Shown here piece after piece: positions 26,701-38,700 of a stretch of 64,000 nucleotides of DNA (position 1 is the stretch's first letter; each line of letters begins with the position of its first letter). Under the pieces are notes generated by a model. It ran no database searches. It was not told the DNA's origin and saw only the letters and a list, made by a program, of their open reading frames with translations. The stretch spans positions 476,609 through 540,608 of the forward strand of contig CAJINV010000018.1 in assembly GCA_905178155.1 (NCBI GenBank), read 5' to 3'. The stretch is from Amoebophrya sp. A120. Its lineage: Eukaryota > Protista > Dinoflagellata. A program made the translations under genes and the position numbers.

Positions 26701-29700
26701 CGGCATTTCGACAAGACACCCATTGCAAATCTGGGCGTCGTGTTGTTTCGCATTCTCATGCGCTAAAACAAAAAACGTAGATCCTGAGCACTGATATTGT
26801 GTTGCCACGCTTGAACACCCGAACAGTGGGAACCCCATCAGCGCCTCAACGTATCGACACCAAAAGATCGCATCTACCAAGCAGGACTGCGACATAAATG
26901 CGCTTGGAGTATTACGCCCGTTCATCCACTGCGAAGTCCCCCCGGTGCTTGCTTGATCTCCGACCTCGTCCAGGATCGTCTTGTCGCGACGCGAATTTTT
27001 GAAATTTTGTAAAATTTTAGGGCAAAAAAAAAATCCGTTTGAAACTGGTCTGCTGCTAGTGGGCTGCGCAGCCTTACTAAATCCAGTTTGTCATGCTGTT
27101 TAGGCAAAGACGACCGATTTTCTCATGCTACTTTAGCAGCTCGAGCTGTAGCCCCAAACAGGCTTACAATCGGCCTCACTTGCCTGCTCTGCAACACACG
27201 CGCCGCGGGTCATGCATTTTATGCATTACAAATTATTTCAACTTTGACGATTTCAAACCTGACGCTTCCATATGATGTTCGAGACCGCCTTATCGTCTTG
27301 AAAAACGTCCCCGCCCCACAGTTGTAATGCAAATCTGCATGCTGAAAATGTTTCTCATGCGGAGCCCCATGAGAGACTCTGTCTAGCCGTGTTTTGGAAT
27401 TTGTCATGCTCCAATCAGCATTATATACTAGATCTGTGATGCTGCTGAGCTAGCTCAAACAGCACTACGCTACAAGTCCAAACTTGTCATGCAAAACAGC
27501 CAAAGCTTGTGGATTTGTCTAGCCGATTCCGCATCTTGACTATGGGGTGGGGACGTTTTTACATAGGATACGCCTCCTTGGCCGCCGCTAAAACCGGCTC
27601 GACGTCGCTCAGTTCCGTTTCCACCGCTTTTTTCCGTTTCGCAATCTGGTCCTGCTTCACCTTCAGGGCCTCGGAAAGTCTTGCTGTCTCCTGCTTTTTC
27701 GCTTCCGCGTCCGCCTGCCCCTTCACCATTTCTTTCATCTTCTCTTCCGCTTCCGCGTTCTTCGCCTGAAGCTCCTTGTTCTTGATTTCCAGGCCCTTTT
27801 TCAGATTTAACACCTGTTTCCCGGTTTCCTCCAATTTCTCAAGCCCCCCGGAAATGTGCGCTTTGCTACCTTTGATTTCCTGTGACTTCTTCTCGTGGGT
27901 CTTCACGAAGTGGTGAATAAAATCCAAAAAGTCCCGGGGTGCGATGTAATTGTATTTCTTCGCCGCTTTTTTCGCCGATTCGTGCGTGTCTTCAATGATC
28001 TCGTGCATCCCGACAATCGACTCGGCCAAGACGATGTGCAGCCACTGCAGGTCTTGCTTCTGGTCCTTCGCCAGTTTCGTGAAGCAATCGGGGGTGCTAT
28101 CCTGTGTAAAAACTTCCCCACCCCAGAGTTGTAATGCAAATCTGCATGCTTAAAATGTTTCTCATGCGGAGACCCATGAGAGGCGTTGGTTTTCTGGAGG
28201 TGGTGACTTCAGACTTGTCATGTTCGAATCAGCATGACAGACCGGATTTGTGACGCTGCTGCACTAGCTAAACACGACTAAGCTTCGAGCCCAAATTTGT
28301 CATGCGCGACAGCCAAAGCTTAGGGATTTGTGTAGCAGATTGGGTGGGGACGTTTTTACTCAGGATAAGTGAGTTCCCGCGCAATCTGGTCCGTGAACTC
28401 AAACGCGACCTGACACAGCGCGTCCCGGGACCAGTCGCCGAACCAGTCGATGATACAGCGGTTGAACAGTGTATCGCAAGAAAAATCTGTTTTTGTAATG
28501 CAGAAAGTGTATCGCAGACGTGTTTGTCTTGCTACACATGCAAGACAATGCATTCTCAGTCGTGTTTTTCCTCGGGTGGCTCGCATGGCAAACCTCCTTT
28601 GTGATGTAGAGAAAACTTGTGATGCAAAACTTGCAAAATCCTTACAGTGAAACAGTTTTTTCTTAAGATACAGTGCGGGACTCGAGGCGCCGCGGTTGTA
28701 GAAATCTGGATTCGCGGGGTTCATCGTGAAAACGATGTGGAGGTTTCGGCAAACCGACTTCGTAAACTTGCTGAAAATCTCCGCTTCGTCCATCATCTGG
28801 ATTTGGTCCTTCATCGTGCCTTGCTTGCACTCGTTGATCAAATCCTTGTAGTAGTCGCCCTCGAACAGCCCGGGGACTTCCCCAGATGCCAGCAAGGCAT
28901 TCATCCTTTCCAGAAACGCCGGTCCCAAGGCGTTGGACTCGTCGAAGATGAAAGCGATTTTTTCGTCGTGCGCCCCCGCTCGGGTCATCACGTTTCGCAA
29001 ATCGTATGCAGGAAGAAAAGTGCGTAAGTGTAACTTTCTTGGAGGAACAGCATCACGAATTTGCTCTGCATGACAGAGAAAACCTCTCATGCGTAGCTCG
29101 TACGTGGAAACACGCTCGAAGAGAGCCTCTGATGCATGTCCAGCATGACAAGTATAGGTGTTCTTTTGCATCCTCTGCAATACAAATTTACACTTACGCA
29201 GTTTTTCTCTTGCATAAATCGTCTTCGAAATTTAACACGTTGTACCCCTTGCCGCACTTGATTTGGAAAATCGTCAGCCCGTTCATGTTATGCGTTGCAA
29301 AAGTGTCTGGGTCTGGAAACTTGTGATGCAAGGAAGGGACGAATGGTGAGCGCACTCTAATGCGCTGGCAAGCATTACAAGTTTTTCCGTGCGCTGGCAA
29401 GCATTACAAGTTTTGCGCTGGCAAGCATTACAGAGTTGCGTACTCCGCATGAGCAGCCGCGTTTTTGCATGACAGACAAGAGGACCTCTTCGCGGGCACG
29501 CAATACAGAGTTTAGAGTCATGCCAGACTAACATGAGAAATCTCGCAATTTCCCAAACCCAGACATGGTAGTTGGCACTGCATACATGTGGGACACGAAC
29601 TTGGACAGAACCGTCTTCCCCGCGCCCGCGACGCCGACTAGTAACAGATGCCCTAACGGCTGTCTCAAAACCCGGTCTATCCTCGTCACGTGGTCCAAGA

Positions 29701-32700
29701 CGTCGTCGAACACCACTAAGTGGACACCCAATTCTATGGAAGCGTCAGGTTTGAAATCGACAAAGTTGAAATAACTTGCAATGCATAAAATCGATACCAG
29801 TTGGAAGCCCAATTGTCAAGCGGCGCATGACAAATTTTGACACCGTCTAAATCCAGTTTGTCATGCTGCTTAGGGACAGAAGGCGTCCTTTGTCATGCTA
29901 CTTTAGCAGCTGTATCGCAGACCCCAAACAGGTTGACTGTCGGCCTCGCTTGCCATCCCTGCAAGAGAGGCACTTCATGCCTTGGAGTTTATGCATGAGA
30001 AGTCATTTTTTCAACCTTGACGATTTCAATCCTGACGCTTCCATAAATTCCTCCTCGCAGAAACTGTGGATTTTTTCCTTGATCAACACCCGGAGATCCT
30101 TATCAAATGTAAAAATGTCTGGGTCTGGAAGATTTCCAGGTTTGTCATGCATATTTCGCATGGGCTATGATGCCTGTAATGCATGACCTAGCATGACAGA
30201 TTTTTTGCGGGTATCTTGATGCCTATCCCGCATGACAAATGCCCTCTCCGCGGAGCAAAGTCTGGACGCCTCTTGCTGCTCATGCAATACAGATTTCTTA
30301 GATTCCAAAAATAGCATCACAAGTTGCATTCTTCCAGACCCAGACATTTTTGCAATCCATAATCCTCCTCGTGCACCTCCCGATACGGGGCTCGCTTCCC
30401 CGATTTCGGCGAGTGATCTCCGCCCCAGCAACTGAAGTAGATCGGCCGCTTCAAGTCGTCCTATGGAACTGTCAGGATCGAAATTGACAAAATCGAAAAA
30501 TTTGTGATGCATAAAATGCATGGCGCGAAATAGGTGTGATGCAGAGCAGGCAAGTGAGGCCGATTGTAAGCCTGTTTGGGGTTATAGCTCGAGCTACTAA
30601 AGCAGCATGAGAGAATCAGTCTTCTTTGCCTAGACAGCATTACAAACTGTATTCAGGCACCACCTGAATTTGTCATGCGCCACTTAGAAACTGGGTTCGA
30701 GCTGGAATCTATGTTATGCATGACAAATCATTTCGATTTTGTCAATTTCGATTCTGACCCTTCCATACGTCCTCAGACGCGTTTAGTCGGTTTCTCGCGA
30801 TAGAATCGATTTTGCGGTTCGTCCACTCCCGTTCATCGGCATTCACCAACCTGTATCCTGTGCAAAAGTATCGCACTCGTAGTGCAGTCATGCATTACAA
30901 ATGTTTTTCTTGAGGTAAATCCGCATGACAGATATCATTTGCGATGCTGACGAAATTTGTAATGCATGTATACGAGTACGAGACTTTTGCAGTTCATAAC
31001 CTGTCGCAGAAAATCCGTAAACCCTCGTGGATGTAGAGTCGCGTCATTTCGGACGGCGTTAACGCGTCGTCCTCGGAGCCGACAATCGCCTCCATGACCG
31101 CGATTTTCCACCGGGTCAGTTCCCGCGGCGAGTACAAGTAGTGTGGCTGCATTTCCGTCGTGAACTTCTTCGCGGACTCGACCCAGAAGTCGACCATCGC
31201 CTGTGCCAGCGGCATGGCCATGTTCAGACACGGCGGGCAGAGTTTCATGACCCCCTTCATCAAAGTCCCGTAGATGTGCGTTAAAGATTCCTTCCCGGGG
31301 TAATCCACGAGTAAGATTGGGCAATGCCGCAAGAAGCGATCGCTCATCGGCCACCTGCCCGGGTCCGTCGGGGGGTTGCACGCCCCGAGGAACTGGACCC
31401 GTTCCAAGCTGATCCACGCCTTGTCACTCGACCGGTAAAATCCCCCCTGCTCAAACATTTGCCGGATGTACATGATGACGCGTTGTGTGCCGTACTTGTC
31501 TTGCTGCGGCAGGTTGCATTCGTCGCACATGACGATGACAAACTTATCGTGCCTCAACGGGCGCATCACCAACCCCTTCTGCGTCTTCACCGTTTCGCAA
31601 TACTGCTCTAGCGAGTTTTGATATGCAAAGAAAAAGTGTTGTGTTGCAGGCCAAGCAAGACAGACAAGCTCTGTCATGCCGGATATGCGTCGGAGCCTTG
31701 TTGCATACGTGTTTTATTCCCTTATGATCTCCGCACTGCAAGTGCAAGCTTTCGAAAATTTGTGTTGCTGAATTGACAGCAGATGCGTAACCGTACTAAC
31801 ACCTTGTTCTTTGCATATTTGAAGTAAGCTGCTTGTCGTTCCAGAGGAGAAATTGAGCGAAACGAGCTCGAAAATATCCGACTTCTTCAAAATCGACATC
31901 AGCGTCATGGACTTGCCGGAACCGGGCGGGCCACAGAGAATGAACGGGCGTTTCTCCCAGATCCAAGCGCCCGCCGCCGCGACGTGCCGTAAAGTGTCGA
32001 TGGTTTGAATGACCAACTCCGGCGCCATGGACTGCTCGGGACTCAAATCCAACTCCGGGACCTTCTCCGACCACAAGTGCCAGTTGCCGATATCGTCTAA
32101 CCTCACCTCGTAGTCCAGTAGTGTGCATTCGTCATCCAGTCTTTGGGGTAAGTGGACCAAATGGTCGCAGTAATGCGCCACTTCGTTGCAGAACTTCAAT
32201 CTTTCCGACAGGTACATCGACCCGCCGAACGCCCAGCAAAGCGCAAACGGTACGTACATCTCGGTATAGGTGCTCACGTCCGCTTCGGACAACGGGACTT
32301 CGTGCTGGTCGTTGAAATCTTTTACGTCCTGCACCGCTTTTTTGAGCAATCCGAAAAAGGACGTGATTACCCGAATATCGGTATAGACCATCACGTGCTT
32401 CATGGTCGTGCACACTTTCAGCAATTCAATGATCGACGAAGAAAATTTTTCCACGGAATTCCGGACAACACTTATCGAAAGGAAAAACTTCCCCTCCCCA
32501 TATCAAAACGGAATGTCTGATGCTGGATCTGTGTACAGAAATCAGGTCTGTCTTGCTGGAGAGGACTGCGCGCCCATATCAAGTCTGAGCAGCGAGGCTT
32601 TGGCCTAGGCGTTTAGCATGGAAAGCGTCTGCGCTGTAGGCCCAACAGCATGACAAACCCCCTGCAAAATGCGGCGGAACCTGTGGACTTGCCTTCTTGC

Positions 32701-35700
32701 AAGACAAATGTGATTTGTGACCTCAAATCAGCAACACAAATTTTCGGAAACACACCTTTTCAATATGGGGAGGGGGAGTTTTTCCTTTCAATAACACTCG
32801 CGACGTTGTCGTGGTCTCCTGGGGGAAGTTATCCTGTGCAAAAGTATCGCACTCCTACTCGTAGTAATTGGACCCATGCATTACAAATTTTCTCAGCATG
32901 AGAAATAAATTTGTAATGCGGATTTACCTTATGAGTCATAAGGTAAATCCGCATTACAAATTTATTTCTCATGCTGAGAAAATTTGTAATGCATTTATAC
33001 GAGTGCGATACTTTTGCAATGCATAGAAGTGCGGATTCCGGCGGCGCCGCGGCTGTTGCCTCGTCTGACGGGGCGTCCTGCCGGCTTTGTCTGGTCTGCT
33101 GTTGCGGAGACCGTGGTCCGCCGGTGGTTTGCCCAGCGCCGGAACCGTTTGCATTGCAAATATGTCTGGGTCCTCTGGAAGTAGCACATGCAAGGTTTGT
33201 CATGCTTGTCTGTCATGACTGAAGAGTTTGTGATGCGTGTCCTAGAAGAGACCCTATTTTTCATCATGCAAAACGCAGTTTGTGTTTGTCATGCTGAATT
33301 CGCAACACGACTAAGCAGAGCAAATATTCCTCATGCGTGGCTGTGCACTATTACAGAGAATTCACGATTCACAAATCAGCATTACAAGTTTCCAAACTCA
33401 GACATATTTGCATTTGATAAACCGTTCATGATGGTCGTCCCTTCGCCGAATTCCAAAACGTCCAAGTGGTGTTTATGGCGTTCTCAGCTGTTCTTACATT
33501 CTCCACTGTTGCATCAATTCGTGATGCAAGAATGCCAAAAGTGAAACGGGCAAGCGTGCGCCTTTTGCATTACAGCTTTAGCGCAGATTCTCAAGCTATC
33601 TAGCGAGTCGGGAACTTGTCATGCAAAGCAGCGTGATCATGTAGATAAATATTGATGGCAAATCTGCATGACAAATTCATGCAGAAGTTGAAAATGTAAC
33701 GTTTGAGAATCCACCCATAGTGTTTCACCAACATGTCCCTCGTCACCACGTCCTCCGCGAACCACACCATGCCGCAGCGGGACACGGTGGCGAGAGTGGC
33801 GTATTTCAACGTGTCGACCTCGAAGAGTAGCCTCACATTCGGCGGGATCGAAAGCCGCTCCCCGTTCGGTAGCGTCAAAAGTTTGTTGTCGTCCAAAACC
33901 TATCTTGTGCAAAAGTATCGTAGTCGTACTAATTGCAAATATGCATGACAAATCTCCTTCCTAAGGTAAAACAGCATTACAAATTCCACTTTTCTTCTTG
34001 CCAAAATTTGTGATGCAATTTTTTATACTAGTACGATACTTTTGCGATGCATAGAACCGAGTTCAAATTCTCCGCCCACTCGGGGTCCACGTATCGCAAG
34101 AAAAAAGTCGTGCAGTTACACACTGTGTTGCAGGCCAAGCAAGACAGGCAAGCTCTGTTATGTCGGATATGCATAGGAGCCTCATTTCATAATCATAGGT
34201 GTTTTCCCGTAGGATTTTTGCATTACAAGTTTTCTTTTGCATGCAGAGAAATTTGTGTTGCTGAATTGACGTACAAATGTGAAACTGGAACACTTTTTTC
34301 GTGGGATACCACGTCGCCGTCAAATACTATCCAGTACCTCCGATCCGATCCCTGTTTCGCGGTCGCGGAGTTTTTTGATATATGAAATGCAAAAATGTCT
34401 GGATCTGGAACAAAGCAACTTGTCATGCGAAAGCTGAATCATGCAAAGATCTGTGTTGCGTGATTACCAAAAGCTGTCCACTTTTGACCTAATCGAGAGG
34501 CAATTTCTCATGCAGGATAGGCATGGTAGACCTCTCACTGAGTCTGTTGTGCTATGTCCTACATACCAGACCCCATGGGTCATGGAAAACCTGCATGACA
34601 AGTCTGGCATTCTTCCAGACCCAAACACTTTTACATTTGATATGATAAAATCCGGCGCAAGTTCGCCGTGAAAACGCCGTCCGTCCACTCCAGCGTCGTG
34701 GGGTCTATGTCAAATGCAAAAATGTCTGGGTCTGGAAACTTGTAATGCTGCGTTGGGAATAGTGAATGCTCTGTAATGCACAAGCAAGCATGAGAAATAT
34801 CTGCGCTTCTTTGCGTTGCGTTTTTCGCATGACAAACTGCGTTTTCGCATGACAGGCAGAAGGATCTCTTCTTGGACACGCATAACAAACTTTTTGGTCA
34901 TGCCAGACAAGCATGACAAATCTCGCATTCTTCCAGACCCAGACATTTTTGCATTTCATAGTCTAACCGCCCGTACAGCTCGTCCTTCGTGATTGCTTTC
35001 GGCTCGATCACGATTGCCTCGGATTTGATCTTATCGATTCTTTCCATCGCGGCGAGTAATGTTCTCCACGCGGCGGACTTCCCGGTGCCAACCGTTCCGA
35101 CCATCATGACGCCGTGGGTGATTCGCTGGATCTCGTACAGCTGCATCATTTTCTCCAAGAAAACCGCTTCGAGCTGTAGGTGCGTCGTGGCGCAGAGGTT
35201 CTTGATCTCCTCCTCCAGCTCGCGTTCCTCCATCACGACTAAATCTTGCCCCGGGAAAACCCCGGAGAGTAAGGACCGGAGTAAGGGCTTGTCTTCTGCA
35301 ACTAGTTTCGGGACCAAAGTGTTGCAGATGGATCCAACTAGCAGATCCTCTTCTGCCTTTGCGATTTCCTCTGCTGACTGCTGCTTTGCTGCCTGTCCTT
35401 TACTTTCCTCGCTGTTCGCTGTGTCCTTTTTCATGTTCCCCGCCGTGGTTAACACCGCACGAAGGGACCGTAAGCCGAAGTCGTAGTGTGGCTGCTGGGA
35501 GAGTTGGTCCAGGCATAAGTCGAACAGGGACACGATCCTGCCCCCGAGCCTTATGAAAGTGCACAAGAACTCCCCTCATTGTATTGCATGAACAGCAATA
35601 CAAGCATCAGCAAGAATACAGGTTCTGCACGACAAATTTGTAGAGGAGTGTAGTGCGATTTGGGCTGCCAGAACTTGTCATGCAAACCATGCCAAGAGCC

Positions 35701-38700
35701 AAGGCGTAAGTTAGGTATTTTGCATGACACATGAGGGGCAGGGGGAGTTGTGCACTCTCATAAGCCTTTCCGCGGTGGCGAAACCCCGGGAGAACAGCTG
35801 GACTTCCGCGATCAAGCTCTTATTCGGTGTGATCATCGCCATTTCGCGGAACAACTGCTTCAAGTTATCCGGTAAATTGCTCCGCCCCGCACACTATGCA
35901 CTGCAAAAGCATTGCAGTAGTAGAAATCACATTACAACAAATTTACTCAACCAGAAAGATGCAGTTTGTCATGCTGGACTGCAGAATAGAGTATGAGATT
36001 TGTCATGCGTAACTGCAGTTCCAATTACTCGGAGTGCGATACTTTTGCATTGGATACATACCCCGGGTTCATGGTTATGAAAATCCCCACCCCCGGATTC
36101 AATCGGACCTCCTTTCCGAGCAGTTCTATCGTCTTCATCTGCTTCCGGAGCCCGGTCTGGATGGTCAAAATCTGCTCGGTATCAACTGCAAAAGTGTCTG
36201 GGTCTGGAAGATTGCCAGGCTTGACATGCATATTTTGAATGACCCATGATGTCTGTGATGCATGCTCTGCATCACAGATTTTTCGAAGGCTTTGTGATGC
36301 CTCTACCGCATGAGAAATGTCCTCTCCGCGTAGCACAAAGTGGAGTCCTCTTGCTGGACATGCAATACAAATCTTTTTAGAATGCAGAGACAGCATCACA
36401 AGTTCAGAATCTTCCAGACCCAGACATATTTGCATTTCATACTCGGAGCAAGCAGACAGCATCTGCTCCTCCAGTCGATTAAACTCGTCGAAACAGCCCC
36501 AGGCGTATCCACAGGAAAAAACACCCATCCCCATGCATTTTTTGCATGACAGATAGTGGATCTTATTCATGTTTTGCGTAACAAATTGGATGGGGATGGT
36601 TTTTTTTCTCTTGATAAGGCGCCGACCTGACACAAACCGACAAAAATCCGGCCCATGGACTGGAAGTCGAAGGTTTCGTCGCAACAGAAAACCAGGACAA
36701 AATACCCCATTTGCGCACCCAAAGCCTTCACGGATTCGGTTTTCCCGGTGCCGGCCGGTCCAAACGGGTTCCCGCCCATCTTCATGTGCAAGGCCTGCGT
36801 CATCGTGAGAAAACAGCGGTCCGTCAGCGGTGTTTGGCACAGTTTCTCCGCCATGCCCAAGTACTCAAACCCGTAATTCAAAGACGCGTTGGTCATTTCC
36901 ACGCGACAAGCCGTGCTCATGTCCCGCGTCGCGTTCGCGTCCCAGTACACGCGGAGTAGCTGCAGCCAGTCGAAGTTGTCCGCCTTGTTGATCCTTTTCG
37001 CGGCGAGTTCCCGACTGACGTCCCGTTGGTGCACCATTTCGGTGATCAACTGGGCGAGTTTGGTTAAGAAATTCCTACTGATGTTTGGCTCCAGGACCTT
37101 TTTCGCTAACACGTCCAGCGTGTGAATGCAGTCGGACGCGACAGACTCGGTGGTTTTGCCGGCTTTCAGAAAGCTTTCCACCCGGATCGTCCACACGATC
37201 TGCGAGGCGATCAACATCAGTTGACAGGGCTGCTGATCCACCCAGGCGGTGAATTCTTGATCGGAACTTGGGTCGATGGAGGCAAGAGCCGGCCAGGCGG
37301 TACCTGATTTTGATGGTGGAAAACATTTCTGTTGCGGAAAGTAAAGATAAAGAACCGACTGGGACTGACAACATCACACTGTCATGCACCAAAAAACACA
37401 TTAACCATAAGTACAGAAATCTTTAAATCGATACTCAATCTCGCCGACAATGCAGTTCTTATTGCGGTCTCCACCTTCGTCAGCCAAACGTGGATGCTAG
37501 GATCTTCGGAGATTACCACTGGTTTCTCAAATTTCACCTCCTCATTCTCCCGGCTCCGCATCACCGTAATCGAATCCCCTTCATTCTCCGTTCCAAACTG
37601 CGCCACCCCAGCAAACATCTTCGCCAAGTGATGCCCGAGGACCGTGACGTCCCGGCTGTTGCCGATAATTTCGAGCAGGTCCTCGTCGCCGATAAAATAG
37701 AACCGCGCGAACTGGATTCTCTGCTTTTCCAGGTAGTCTCCCAGCGCTTTCTGCACCTTCCCGAGATTATCCTGGATCTTCGTCAAGATCTTTTCCAAAT
37801 TCGCGATCTGGATAACGTCGAGGACTTTCGGTTTTTGTGATGCTTTTTTGCAAATGGACGTGAATTCCGTGTCAACCTGCTTAAACCGATTGTATTCCTG
37901 GACCAACAAGGTCTGGATGTCTGCCGACCCGAAGAAGATTCCCTCGAGGTACACCCACTTCCGTTGCACGTCCATCCAGATGTCCATCAAAGTATTCACT
38001 TTCCGTAATTTTTCGTCCCATATGCATTGCAAAAGTATCGCACTCGTATAAATGCATCACAAATTTCCTCAGCATGAGAAATAAAATTTGTTATGCGGAT
38101 TTAGCTTTAATGCATGATTGCAATACGAGTACGATACTTTTGCACAGGATATCCCAGGTCGTCGCCATTTCTTCGAACGCCTTGTAGAACGGAGACATTT
38201 TCATCGACGCGAAGGAGTTCAAATGCTCCTCGACCTGCGCGAACAGCTCGTCCCAACCGCGGATGAGCTTGCACCGGTTTTTGTACAAAACGAGCTCCAG
38301 TTCGTAGTTCGTCCACAGCTCCTTCACTTCTTTCATAAACTCCTGCAGTGCCATCTCCCCCTGCGCGAGTTGGAGCTGCTCCCGCACCGGTTTTTCGCAA
38401 TTCACCCAATCGACTTTTTCCCATAAATCACCCAAGGTTAAGTGTGTATACCCCTTGTCCTTCAGATTGATCACGGTCAAGATGCTGTCCCAGTGCCGCT
38501 CTTTCAGCGCGTCGGTTTTCAAATCTGTTAAGAGAATGTTGAGCTTGATGAGCTTGTGGATCTTATCCACCATATTCGCGTAGCTGTCGTACTGCTGGAT
38601 TTTATCCGGCATGTGCTTCAGCTTATGAAAGCCTCAGGTTTGAAATCCCCAAAGTGGAAATAATTTGTGATGCAAAAAAACGACTCCAGTAGAAGCGCCA

